Positions 7,575 to 16,543 of a stretch of DNA of 33,861 nt are shown piece by piece. The stretch covers positions 1 to 33,861 of the IMG/VR virus record IMGVR_UViG_3300023172_003230; one strand, 5' to 3'. This DNA comes from a virus (Duplodnaviria; Caudoviricetes). How positions within the stretch are numbered: position 1 is the first letter of the stretch; each line of letters starts with the position of its first letter. The translations under genes and the position numbers were made by a program. The notes beneath the pieces were generated by a model. It was not told where the DNA came from and did no database searches. It saw only the letters and a list, made by a program, of their open reading frames with translations.

Positions 7575-8410
7575 TGGATATAAACACCATATATAACGAA
7601 GATTGTTTAGAAACTATGAAAAGAATGGAGGATAACTCCATTGATTTGGTGGTTACCTCACCTCCATATGCTGATAGAAGAAAAACAACCTATGGTGGTA
7701 TTCATCCTGATAATTATGTTGAATGGTTTTTAACAATTTCAGATGAACTTAAACGAGTTCTAAAACCAAGTGGGTCATTTATACTAAACATAAAAGAAAA
7801 TGTAGTAGACGGTGAAAGACACACTTATGTATTAGAATTAATTATTGAAATGAGAAAACAAGGTTGGTTATGGACAGAGGAATATATGTGGCATAAGAAA
7901 AATTCATTTCCTGGTTATTGGCCAAATCGTTTAAGAGATGGGTGGGAAAGATTATTACACTTTACAAAAGAAAAGAAGTTTAATATGTACCAAGACCAAG
8001 TTAAAGTTCCTATTGGTGATTGGTCAAAAAACAGATTAAAAAACATAAGTGAAAAAGATAAAAAACGAGTTGAATCAGAAACAAATAGTGGTTTTGGTAA
8101 AAACATCTCAAATTGGGTAGGTAAAGATATGGTATTACCTAACAATGTTTTATATATGGCATCTGAAAGTAGTAATAAATCACATTCTGCGGCATTTCCT
8201 GAAAAACTACCCGAGTTTTTTATTAAACTTTTTACCAAAGAAACTGATTTAATATATGACCCATTTATGGGAAGTGGAACAACCGCAAAAGTTTCGTTTG
8301 AATTAAACAGAAATTTTATAGGTAGTGAATTATCAAAAGATTACTATAAAATATCAAAAGAAAGATTAGGAAAAAGTAAAAATGTAAAAAAGTTTTTCGA
8401 ATGGAAATAA
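7574..8410 (+). CDS. DNA methyltransferase, beta class (SPPY; N4-C or N6-A)
   Basis: VTSPPY, HSAAFP, DPFMGSGTT. Confidence 0.93.
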   Translation: MDINTIYNEDCLETMKRMEDNSIDLVVTSPPYADRRKTTYGGIHPDNYVEWFLTISDELKRVLKPSGSFILNIKENVVDGERHTYVLELIIEMRKQGWLWTEEYMWHKKNSFPGYWPNRLRDGWERLLHFTKEKKFNMYQDQVKVPIGDWSKNRLKNISEKDKKRVESETNSGFGKNISNWVGKDMVLPNNVLYMASESSNKSHSAAFPEKLPEFFIKLFTKETDLIYDPFMGSGTTAKVSFELNRNFIGSELSKDYYKISKERLGKSKNVKKFFEWK

Positions 8411-9237
8411 ATAAGTTATATAATGGTGATATATTGGATATGTTTGAAAAAACACCAGACAGTCTTATTGACCTAATCGTAACTTCACCACCTTATAATG
8501 TTGGTATTGATTATGATTCATGGGATGACCAAAAACCAATAGATGAATATTTTCAATGGGTAGAAAATTGGTTAAGTGAATGTTATAGAACTCTAAAAGA
8601 TGATGGTAGAATTGCTATAAACATTCCTTATGAATGTAATATGGGTGAACGAGTTATGATTTCTTCAGAGTATTGGCAAATTATGAAAAAGGTTGGATTT
8701 AAGTTTTTTGGTTTAGTTGACTTAGAAGAAAATTCACCACATAGAGTTAAAACAACAGCATGGGGTAGTTGGATGTCTCCATCATCACCATACATCTATA
8801 ACTCAAAAGAGTGTGTAATACTTGCTTACAAAAATTCTGCTAAAAAATTAGAAAAGGGTGATAGTCAATGGAATTATACTGAAATGGATGTAGATGGAAA
8901 AACTAAAAAAGTTTATTCTCAAGAAGATAAAGATGAATTTATGGAATTGGTATTTTCTCATTGGAAATATCAAAACGATTCAAGACCACTAACCAAAGCA
9001 ACTTTTTCTCAAGATATTCCTGATAAAGCAATAAAAATATTGACTTATAAAAATGATTTAGTATTGGATTGTTTTTCGGGTAGTGGAACAACAGCATTAT
9101 CAGCAAAAAAGTTGGGAAGAAATTATATAGGATTTGAGTTATCTAAAGAATATCATAAAATATCTGAAGATAGAATTGAAAAAGTAGAACAATTAAAAAG
9201 AATAGAAAAGAAATCAAAAGAATTCTTTGATTATTAA
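8401..9237 (+). CDS. DNA methyltransferase, beta class (SPPY; N4-C or N6-A)
   Basis: VTSPPY, TAWGSWMSPSSP, DCFSGSGTT. Confidence 0.93.
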   Translation: MEINKLYNGDILDMFEKTPDSLIDLIVTSPPYNVGIDYDSWDDQKPIDEYFQWVENWLSECYRTLKDDGRIAINIPYECNMGERVMISSEYWQIMKKVGFKFFGLVDLEENSPHRVKTTAWGSWMSPSSPYIYNSKECVILAYKNSAKKLEKGDSQWNYTEMDVDGKTKKVYSQEDKDEFMELVFSHWKYQNDSRPLTKATFSQDIPDKAIKILTYKNDLVLDCFSGSGTTALSAKKLGRNYIGFELSKEYHKISEDRIEKVEQLKRIEKKSKEFFDY

Positions 9238-9256
9238 AATATTTTTCTTATCTTTG
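9226..9256 (+). promoter_or_regulatory. Bacteroidota sigma-70-type promoter upstream of DNA polymerase
   Basis: TTTG (9226-9229), 19-nt spacer, TATCTTTG (9249-9256), matching the -33/-7 consensus TTTG/TAnnTTTG. Confidence 0.75.
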
Positions 9257-9278
9257 TAACAATTAAAAAAATATAGAT

Positions 9279-11801
9279 TTGTATCAGAATTGCTATTATC
9301 AACGAGAAAAAAACCTAATGCATATTTGGGATGATAAGCAGGGTTATCGTTCATTCCCATATACTCGATATGCTTATGAAAAAGCAAGTAGAGGAGAATA
9401 TACTACCCTATATGGTGATACGGTAACCAAAATATACAAATTCAAAAAGGATGACCCTGATTTGTTTGAATCCGATGTACCCGAAACTACGAGAGTTTTA
9501 GTAGATACTTATACTGATTCAGATTTACCATCCGAGGGTCATGTTATTCTTACTTATGATATTGAGGTTGAAATGTTGACTGGATTACCCGACCCAGAAA
9601 AAGCAGATAATGAATTAACATCAATCGCACTACATGATTCGGCAACTGACCAATATTGGGTGTTGGTTATGGATAAAGATGGTAAGTTATTAGAAAAGAA
9701 AACCGATAAAGCAATTGTACTTCCTTTCAGAACTGAAGAGGATATGTTGATGAAGTATTTAGAGTTGTATGAGATGATTAATCCAACAATTGTAACAGGT
9801 TGGAATATTGATTATTTTGATACTCCTTATCTTTATAATAGAATTGTTAAATTATTAGGTAAAAGACAAGCAAATAGATTATCACCAATTGGTGAATGTT
9901 TTTGGTCTCCTTATCGTAAAAGATATTTTATGGCAGGGGTTTCTTATTTGGATTACATTTCACTATATAAAAATTATAATTACGGTGAATTAGATTCATA
10001 TCGATTAGATTCAATTGCTCAGAGAGAGTTGGGTAGAAAGAAGATTGAGTACGATGGGAATTTGGACATTCTTTTTGAAACCGATATTGAGAAATTTATT
10101 GAGTATAACTTAGTCGATGTGGAACTTGTTGTAGAGTTTGATAGAAAACTTCAGTTCATTGATACCGCACGAGGTATTTGTCATGCGGGTCATGTTCCTT
10201 ACGAAGATTTCGTTTATTCATCAAAGTATTTAGAGGGAGCACTTCTAACTTATTTGAAAAGAAAAAACATTGTAGCACCAAACAAACCTGCTGATAGACA
10301 GGAAAGGATGGAGGCACTTAGGGAGAACAAAGAAGAAAAGTTCATTGGAGCATATGTAAAAGCACCCATCGTTGGTAAGTACGAATGGATTTACGATTTG
10401 GATTTAACATCACTATACCCATCTATTATTATGACGGTGAACATTTCACCTGAAACAAAGATGGGTAAGATTGAAAATTGGGATGCGCAAGATTACATTA
10501 AAGGAAAAAGAGAAAGTTGGATAATTAATGGTGATACGATTACACAAGAGAATCTAAAGAAGTTTTTTGAAAGAAGTAAGTTCTCGGTAGCATCAAATGG
10601 TGTATTGTATCGTACTGATAAAGTGGGATGTATTCCTGATATTTTGGATTTGTGGTTTTCACAAAGGGTTGAGTTCAAAAACAAAATGAAAGAATATGGA
10701 AACAGTGGAGAAAAAGAAAAATACGAATGGTATAAGAAACGTCAGTTGGTACAGAAGATTCTACTTAACTCTTTATATGGTGTGCTTGGTCTTCCTGCCT
10801 TTAGGTTCTATGATGTTGATAATGCTACCGCTGTTACCACAACGGGACAGACAGTTATTAAATCAACTGCTGATATGGCTAACATCAAGTACAACAAGGA
10901 GCTTAATACTCCTAATGCTGACTCTAATATATACATTGATACTGATTCTGTATTTTTCTCAGCTGCTCCACTTTTAGACCATAGGATTCCAAATTGGAAA
11001 GATAGTGAGCAAGATACTATTGCTGGATTTGTAAATGATATTGCAGGTGAGATGCAAGATTATCTAAACGATTTCTATAATATTCTTTCGGAAAAAGTAT
11101 TCAATGTAGATAAGGATAAACACCGATTTGAGATTAAGAAAGAGTATGTTTCCAAATCAGGTATTTGGATTGCAAAGAAAAGATATGCTCAATGGATTAT
11201 TTCAGATAATGGTGTACCTGTTGACAAGTTAGATGTAAAAGGATTAGATGTTGTTCGTTCTTCATATCCAGCAGCATTTAGAAAGTTTATGAGTGAAGTT
11301 CTTATTGAGATTCTACGAGGTGATACCGAAGAACAACTAACAAACAAAGTTCACGATTTCAAAAAGAACTTACCTAATATGGATGTGGTTAAGATTGCAA
11401 AAGCAGGTGCAGTAAAAAACTTATCAAAGTATATGCCTAAGAAACGAAATCAAACAGCAATGTTTCAATTTCCATCGGGTTGTCCTGCACACGTTAAAGC
11501 ATCAATCGCATATAATCAATTACTCACCCACTTTGGGGTTCAAAATCAATACGAACCACTAAAAGATGGTGATAAAATTAAGTGGGTTTACCTTAAACAA
11601 AATCCATATGGATTGGATGGGGTAGCAATGAATGGTTATAATGACCCTCCACAGATTATGGAGTTAATTAGTACTTACATTGACCACGATAAAATCTTCG
11701 AAAGAGAACTTCTAAAAAAATTAGAAGATTTCTATGGAGCATTGGATTGGGGAGAAGTTTTATCCTCAAAAAAGACCGCTGAAAAGTTTTTCTCTTTTTA
11801 G
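9279..11801 (+). CDS. polB: Family B DNA polymerase (T4 gp43-like), TTG start
   Basis: Exonuclease motifs YDIE, GWNIDYFD, YNLVD. Polymerase motifs DLTSLYPS, KILLNSLYG, YIDTDS, KKRY. Confidence 0.97.
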   Translation: MYQNCYYQREKNLMHIWDDKQGYRSFPYTRYAYEKASRGEYTTLYGDTVTKIYKFKKDDPDLFESDVPETTRVLVDTYTDSDLPSEGHVILTYDIEVEMLTGLPDPEKADNELTSIALHDSATDQYWVLVMDKDGKLLEKKTDKAIVLPFRTEEDMLMKYLELYEMINPTIVTGWNIDYFDTPYLYNRIVKLLGKRQANRLSPIGECFWSPYRKRYFMAGVSYLDYISLYKNYNYGELDSYRLDSIAQRELGRKKIEYDGNLDILFETDIEKFIEYNLVDVELVVEFDRKLQFIDTARGICHAGHVPYEDFVYSSKYLEGALLTYLKRKNIVAPNKPADRQERMEALRENKEEKFIGAYVKAPIVGKYEWIYDLDLTSLYPSIIMTVNISPETKMGKIENWDAQDYIKGKRESWIINGDTITQENLKKFFERSKFSVASNGVLYRTDKVGCIPDILDLWFSQRVEFKNKMKEYGNSGEKEKYEWYKKRQLVQKILLNSLYGVLGLPAFRFYDVDNATAVTTTGQTVIKSTADMANIKYNKELNTPNADSNIYIDTDSVFFSAAPLLDHRIPNWKDSEQDTIAGFVNDIAGEMQDYLNDFYNILSEKVFNVDKDKHRFEIKKEYVSKSGIWIAKKRYAQWIISDNGVPVDKLDVKGLDVVRSSYPAAFRKFMSEVLIEILRGDTEEQLTNKVHDFKKNLPNMDVVKIAKAGAVKNLSKYMPKKRNQTAMFQFPSGCPAHVKASIAYNQLLTHFGVQNQYEPLKDGDKIKWVYLKQNPYGLDGVAMNGYNDPPQIMELISTYIDHDKIFERELLKKLEDFYGALDWGEVLSSKKTAEKFFSF

Positions 11802-11832
11802 TTGGATAATTAAAAAATATTTCGTATATTTG
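11801..11832 (+). promoter_or_regulatory. Bacteroidota sigma-70-type promoter upstream of sliding clamp
   Basis: GTTG, 20-nt spacer, TATATTTG (11825-11832). Confidence 0.7.
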
Positions 11833-11864
11833 TAACACTTAAAAATAAATCTTAAAAGTAAATT

Positions 11865-12560
11865 ATGGAAAAAGTAAAATTTGATGGTTTCATCAGTAGA
11901 TACAATCTCGGTGGAGAGGTTGAATCAGTAATGGTTAAATCTGAAGATTCTAACCTTTCTGTTAGAATGATTTCAGATGATAAGACTCTTTTAGGAGATG
12001 TAACTGTAACTAACACCGATTTTCCTAATGGTGAATTTGGTATTTACACAACATCTCAATTAAAGAATCTATTGGGTGTACTTGATAGTACAATCGATGT
12101 AGAAGAAGTAACTGGTGCACTAAAGTTCTCAGATAAAGGAACTAAGATGCAGTATATGTTAGCAGCACCATCGGTAATTCCATCAGTACCTGATTTGAAA
12201 CAATTACCAAACTTTAATGTAGAAATTACATTAGATGATGACTTTGTAAACAAGTTCATTAAATCAAAAGGTGCATTAACTGATGCAGACACATTTACAT
12301 TCACTTGTAAAGACAATAGTGGAGAAATTATCTTAGGATATTCTTCAATCAATTCAAACAGAATTTCAATTTCGGTTGATTGTACTTGTGAGGGTGATGT
12401 TGAACCAATTGCATTCTCTGCAAAATACTTAAAAGGTATTCTTACAGCAAATAGAGGTTCTTCAAGTTCATCTCTAAAGATTTCATCAGATGGTTTAGCA
12501 CATCTAAACTTTGTTGATGGAGATTACACAAGTAATTACTATCTTGTCGAAATTAAATAA
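11865..12560 (+). CDS. Sliding clamp (gp45/PCNA-like)
   Basis: 231 aa, acidic, beta-rich. FGIY..SQLKNLLGVL, FSAKYL and terminal YYL resemble gp45/PCNA. Lies between polB and the clamp loader. Confidence 0.8.
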   Translation: MEKVKFDGFISRYNLGGEVESVMVKSEDSNLSVRMISDDKTLLGDVTVTNTDFPNGEFGIYTTSQLKNLLGVLDSTIDVEEVTGALKFSDKGTKMQYMLAAPSVIPSVPDLKQLPNFNVEITLDDDFVNKFIKSKGALTDADTFTFTCKDNSGEIILGYSSINSNRISISVDCTCEGDVEPIAFSAKYLKGILTANRGSSSSSLKISSDGLAHLNFVDGDYTSNYYLVEIK

Positions 12561-12570
12561 ATAAAATAAT

Positions 12571-14061
12571 ATGACTGAAGACTATAATAATCCGTTATAT
12601 GGTAGGAGAATCCTACATATAATGTCACCTGTTAGGTGGAGAGGGAATAAATTTCAACATCATGGTGACTCTAACTATAAAGTTATGGTAAAGACTATTA
12701 AGTTTTTACCACAATGCCATCATACGGTTTTAGTACCAAGAAACAACAACATTCCCGATTTGGGTAAAAATGTTAATTTAATACCTTTCGATTATTCTCA
12801 GTCAGTATTATCTAATCGAGCATATTTTAATGGTAAAGAACTTGCCAATAGAATTGTTGATTGGAGAGGACAAGATTTTGACTTTATATTTAATCACCAA
12901 CCCGAACTTTTGTATAATGTAGTTAATTCACTATTATCTTCAAGATATGGACTAACTTTAGAGTGTTTTAATTTCTTTCATTGGGTTGATTGTCCTAAGA
13001 GTAGGGTAACCGATGGATATCCAGAAGGATTCTTTAGACAATTAGAAGCAATCAGTTTTGCTCATAAATCATATTTTCATTGCCCTGTTTCGTTAGATTA
13101 CATGAAATCTAATTGGGATAAAAAAGAATACACGGTATCTGGATTAAATGAAAAGGTTATGAATGAAAAGATAAACTACTTTCCATTGGGTGTAGGTGAT
13201 TTTCCAAATTCAGAACCAGTAGCAGTACCTCCTGGTAAAAAGATTCTTTTATTTAATCACAGGTGGAATAACACAACGGGTATTCAAAAATTGGTAGAGT
13301 ATACAAAAGACTTAGATAGAGATGAATGGTTGGTTTGGGTTACTGATGAAAGTGCTAAGAAACCAAACTCTGGTAAACCTGCTCCTAAATGGATGTATGT
13401 TAAAAATTTACCAAGTGGTGGTCAATATCGTTCATTGATTGAAAAGTCTTTTGCTACACTTTGTTTTGTTGATAATTATATGACTTGGAACTTATCTGTA
13501 CAAGATGCAATTAAGTTAAAAAAACCAAGTTTAGCATTCAAACACCCAACTTATGAATATGTATTGGGAGAAAACTATCCATTATATTTTTCATCAAAAG
13601 AGGAGTTTCATGCGTTATTAAACAAAATACCTGAGAATAAATCTATTGATTGGGAATTACCTCCACATGACCAAAATTTCAAAGATAACTTAGTTAATGA
13701 TTTAATTGATGCTTTGGAAAATAGTAAAAAGAAAAAAACAACCAAAACAAAATATGGTGTTGAGTGGTTGTATCATATTTTACAAGGAAACGGTTATAAG
13801 AAAAATCTTTTACACAATAGTCATCCCGATTTACATAAGAGTAATGCATGGGAAGGTATTAGACAGTGGTGTTTAGATAGGGGAGTTAAAGACACACCCG
13901 ATGAGATTTATACAAAACTTTGGATTCCAGAAGAAAACAAAGAAGCAGTACAAAAGATTATAGATGAAGCAGGTAGTGTGGACTATAAAGGTGACCCATT
14001 AGGTGAATCAAAAAAAGACCCAAAATGGTCAAAAAATTATTCAGATAATAAATTCTTTTAA
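12571..14061 (+). CDS. GT-B fold glycosyltransferase, candidate DNA-modifying enzyme
   Basis: FPLGV, LLFNHRW and TWNLSVQDAI resemble the C-terminal domain of GT4-like enzymes. Inserted between clamp and clamp loader. Confidence 0.6.
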   Translation: MTEDYNNPLYGRRILHIMSPVRWRGNKFQHHGDSNYKVMVKTIKFLPQCHHTVLVPRNNNIPDLGKNVNLIPFDYSQSVLSNRAYFNGKELANRIVDWRGQDFDFIFNHQPELLYNVVNSLLSSRYGLTLECFNFFHWVDCPKSRVTDGYPEGFFRQLEAISFAHKSYFHCPVSLDYMKSNWDKKEYTVSGLNEKVMNEKINYFPLGVGDFPNSEPVAVPPGKKILLFNHRWNNTTGIQKLVEYTKDLDRDEWLVWVTDESAKKPNSGKPAPKWMYVKNLPSGGQYRSLIEKSFATLCFVDNYMTWNLSVQDAIKLKKPSLAFKHPTYEYVLGENYPLYFSSKEEFHALLNKIPENKSIDWELPPHDQNFKDNLVNDLIDALENSKKKKTTKTKYGVEWLYHILQGNGYKKNLLHNSHPDLHKSNAWEGIRQWCLDRGVKDTPDEIYTKLWIPEENKEAVQKIIDEAGSVDYKGDPLGESKKDPKWSKNYSDNKFF

Positions 14062-14070
14062 TAGATAAAA

Positions 14071-15018
14071 ATGGCATTTTTCGAAGAAACAAATAACGAA
14101 CAAGTAGATAACTCTTTATGGGTGGAGAGTTATAGACCAACTACATTAGAAAACTATGTTGGTAACGAACACCTAAAAGAAAAAGTAAGTGGTTATTTAG
14201 AAACTGGTGATGTACCACACTTACTTCTTTATGGTAGAGCAGGAACTGGTAAGACTACTCTTGCCAAATTGATTGTAAAATCATTGGATTGTGATTATAT
14301 GGTAATCAACGCATCTGATGAGAACAATGTGGAAACTGTAAGGAATAAAGTAAAAGGATTCGCATCATCAATGGGATTCAAAAAATACAAAATTATTATC
14401 TTAGATGAGTTTGATTATATGTCTCAAAACGCACAAGCAATTTTGAGAAACCTGATGGAAACATTCTCACAACATTGTAGATTTATTTTGACTTGTAACT
14501 ATGTTGAAAAAGTGATTGAACCAATTCAGAGTAGATGTCAAACTTTTCAGATTATTCCACCAACTAAAAAAGATGTAGCAGTTCAAATTTCAAAGATTTT
14601 GAATAGTGAAGAAATTCAATTTGAACCAAAAGACTTAGTTCCTATTATTGATAGTGGATATCCCGATATTCGTAAAATTATCAATACTTGTCAGTTAAAT
14701 TCTATTAAAGGTAAACTGAAAGTAGATACTCAAAATCTTTTAGAAAATGATTATAAGATGAAAGTATTGGATATCTTAAAATCTTCTGATGATAAGAGAA
14801 ACAAATATATTAAAACAAGACAAGTAATAATCGATAGTAGAGTAACTGATTTTTCGGAACTATTTACTCTATTATATGAAAAGGTAGATGAGTATGCTCC
14901 ACAAAATACAGCAAATGTGGTGATTTGTCTTGCTGAAGGTCAAAATAGACACTTTAATGCTATTGATAAAGAAATTCCAATGGCAGCAACTTTAATTGAA
15001 ATTATAAACTTAATCTAA
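14071..15018 (+). CDS. Clamp loader AAA+ subunit (gp44/RFC-like)
   Basis: LWVESYRP, Walker A GRAGTGKTT, INASDE, Walker B ILDEFD, IQSRC. Confidence 0.95.
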   Translation: MAFFEETNNEQVDNSLWVESYRPTTLENYVGNEHLKEKVSGYLETGDVPHLLLYGRAGTGKTTLAKLIVKSLDCDYMVINASDENNVETVRNKVKGFASSMGFKKYKIIILDEFDYMSQNAQAILRNLMETFSQHCRFILTCNYVEKVIEPIQSRCQTFQIIPPTKKDVAVQISKILNSEEIQFEPKDLVPIIDSGYPDIRKIINTCQLNSIKGKLKVDTQNLLENDYKMKVLDILKSSDDKRNKYIKTRQVIIDSRVTDFSELFTLLYEKVDEYAPQNTANVVICLAEGQNRHFNAIDKEIPMAATLIEIINLI

Positions 15019-15019
15019 G

Positions 15020-15328
15020 ATGGCAAAAATCGTAGGAATGGGTGGTAACAAACCACAAAAAGCATCAGAACAACCAACACAACAAGCAAAGATTGATTTG
15101 GGTAAATCAAATCCTGTGGTATGTGAACAATGTGGATATGATATCTTTGTAGATGGTTCAAAATTCAGAAAAATATCTAAGTTAGTTACAGGAACTCCAC
15201 AAGATGTAGTTGTACCAATCGAAGTATTACTTTGTGGTAATTGTGGTGAGGTTTGTGAAGAACTTCTTTCACCACAACTAAAAATGTTAGAAGAATTAGA
15301 TAAGAAGAAGCAAGAAGAGAATGCCTAA
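15020..15328 (+). CDS. Zinc-ribbon protein
   Basis: CEQC and CGNC pairs. Lies between the two clamp-loader genes. Confidence 0.65.
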   Translation: MAKIVGMGGNKPQKASEQPTQQAKIDLGKSNPVVCEQCGYDIFVDGSKFRKISKLVTGTPQDVVVPIEVLLCGNCGEVCEELLSPQLKMLEELDKKKQEENA

Positions 15329-15770
15329 ATCGTTGTTTGACCACATAAAAGCAATTACCAATGAACAAGACCCTAAGTATTGGGATAAGTTAGAGGAAGC
15401 TGATAAGAAAACATTTTCTAACTATATGGTACTTCGTTTTCTCTCAATGAAACATGAGTGGATTGAAACTATTGCAACAGTTCAACCATACCTTCAAGAA
15501 GTTCCACCAAAAGCAATGTATCTTGCTTTGATTGACTTACTTCCAAAAGGTAGACACTTTATGAAGTACATGAAACCAAAAAGTTCAGATAAGTACGAGG
15601 GTTGGTTGGTTGAATTAGTAGCAAAACATTATGAGGTATCAAAATTGGAATCAGAAGATTACTTAAAGATTTTTTATTCAACAAAATCTGGTAAAGAAAA
15701 AATACTTCAATTGTGTGAGGATTATGGTACAGACCCAAAGATTATTAAGAAACTTAAAATAAAAGTTTAA
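15321..15770 (+). CDS. Clamp loader small subunit (gp62-like)
   Basis: LFDHIKAI, FSNYMVLRFLS, LPKGRHFMKY, VAKHYEVS..E..DYL pattern plus synteny with gp44/gp45. Confidence 0.75.
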   Translation: MPKSLFDHIKAITNEQDPKYWDKLEEADKKTFSNYMVLRFLSMKHEWIETIATVQPYLQEVPPKAMYLALIDLLPKGRHFMKYMKPKSSDKYEGWLVELVAKHYEVSKLESEDYLKIFYSTKSGKEKILQLCEDYGTDPKIIKKLKIKV

Positions 15771-16486
15771 TGTCAATCGTTATAGAATCTCATAAGGGAA
15801 TAGAGGTTCTTAGAGATGACCTTTTATCTGGTGGAACTAAATCAGTGCTTCTAAAAAATATATTAGATACCACCTATGATGAATTTGTTTATCCATCACC
15901 TGTTTATGGGGCAGCTCAAATAGCATTATCATCTTATTGTAAATCCATAGGTAAACAAGCAACTATCTTTTGTGCAAAAAGAAAGAAATTACACCCAAAT
16001 ACTCAGAGGTGTTTGGATTTGGGAGCAAAGGTAGTTGAAATACCCTATGGATACCTTCATGTAGTTCAGTATCATGCTAAAAACTATTGTGAAGAAAATG
16101 GAGCAATGTTACTACCTTTTGGATTTGATACTGAAGAATCAAAAAACCTAATAGCAAATAGAACGAAAGAAATCATATCCGAATTGGGTTACGAACCCGA
16201 TGAGATATGGTGTGCATTGGGAAGTGGTGTTTTGATGGAAGGAATAATCAGAGGAACAACCACATCTAAAATCAAAGCAGTTCAAGTTGGAAAAGAATAC
16301 AACATAGGTATTAGACAATTTGAAGAAGGGTTTAATCGATTGGAAATATTCAAACATAAACTACCATTTGAAAAGAGTACAAAGTTCAAATCGGATTTCC
16401 CATCAACACCAAACTACGATTTGAAAGCATGGGAAATGTGTGTAAATAATAGTAGTGGAAAAGTATTATTTTGGAATGTTTTTTAG
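15770..16486 (+). CDS. PLP-dependent fold-type II enzyme (ACC deaminase/D-cysteine desulfhydrase-like, compact)
   Basis: RDDLLSGGTK (Schiff-base Lys; compare KRDDL..GGNK), CALGSG phosphate loop, NYDLKAW. Confidence 0.7.
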   Translation: MSIVIESHKGIEVLRDDLLSGGTKSVLLKNILDTTYDEFVYPSPVYGAAQIALSSYCKSIGKQATIFCAKRKKLHPNTQRCLDLGAKVVEIPYGYLHVVQYHAKNYCEENGAMLLPFGFDTEESKNLIANRTKEIISELGYEPDEIWCALGSGVLMEGIIRGTTTSKIKAVQVGKEYNIGIRQFEEGFNRLEIFKHKLPFEKSTKFKSDFPSTPNYDLKAWEMCVNNSSGKVLFWNVF

Positions 16487-16493
16487 TAAAATG

Positions 16494-16525
16494 TTTGGAT
16501 AATTCAAATCTTTTTTGTATATTAG
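16494..16525 (+). promoter_or_regulatory. Bacteroidota-type promoter upstream of endonuclease
   Basis: TTTG (16494-16497), 20-nt spacer, TATATTAG (one mismatch to consensus). Confidence 0.6.
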
Positions 16526-16543
16526 TATCGTAATTGATTTGAT

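Noticed and set aside
3161-11801. Introns or inteins in nrdB, nrdA or polB
   Set aside because: The ORFs are continuous, of expected length, and show no intein splice motifs or inserted endonuclease domains.
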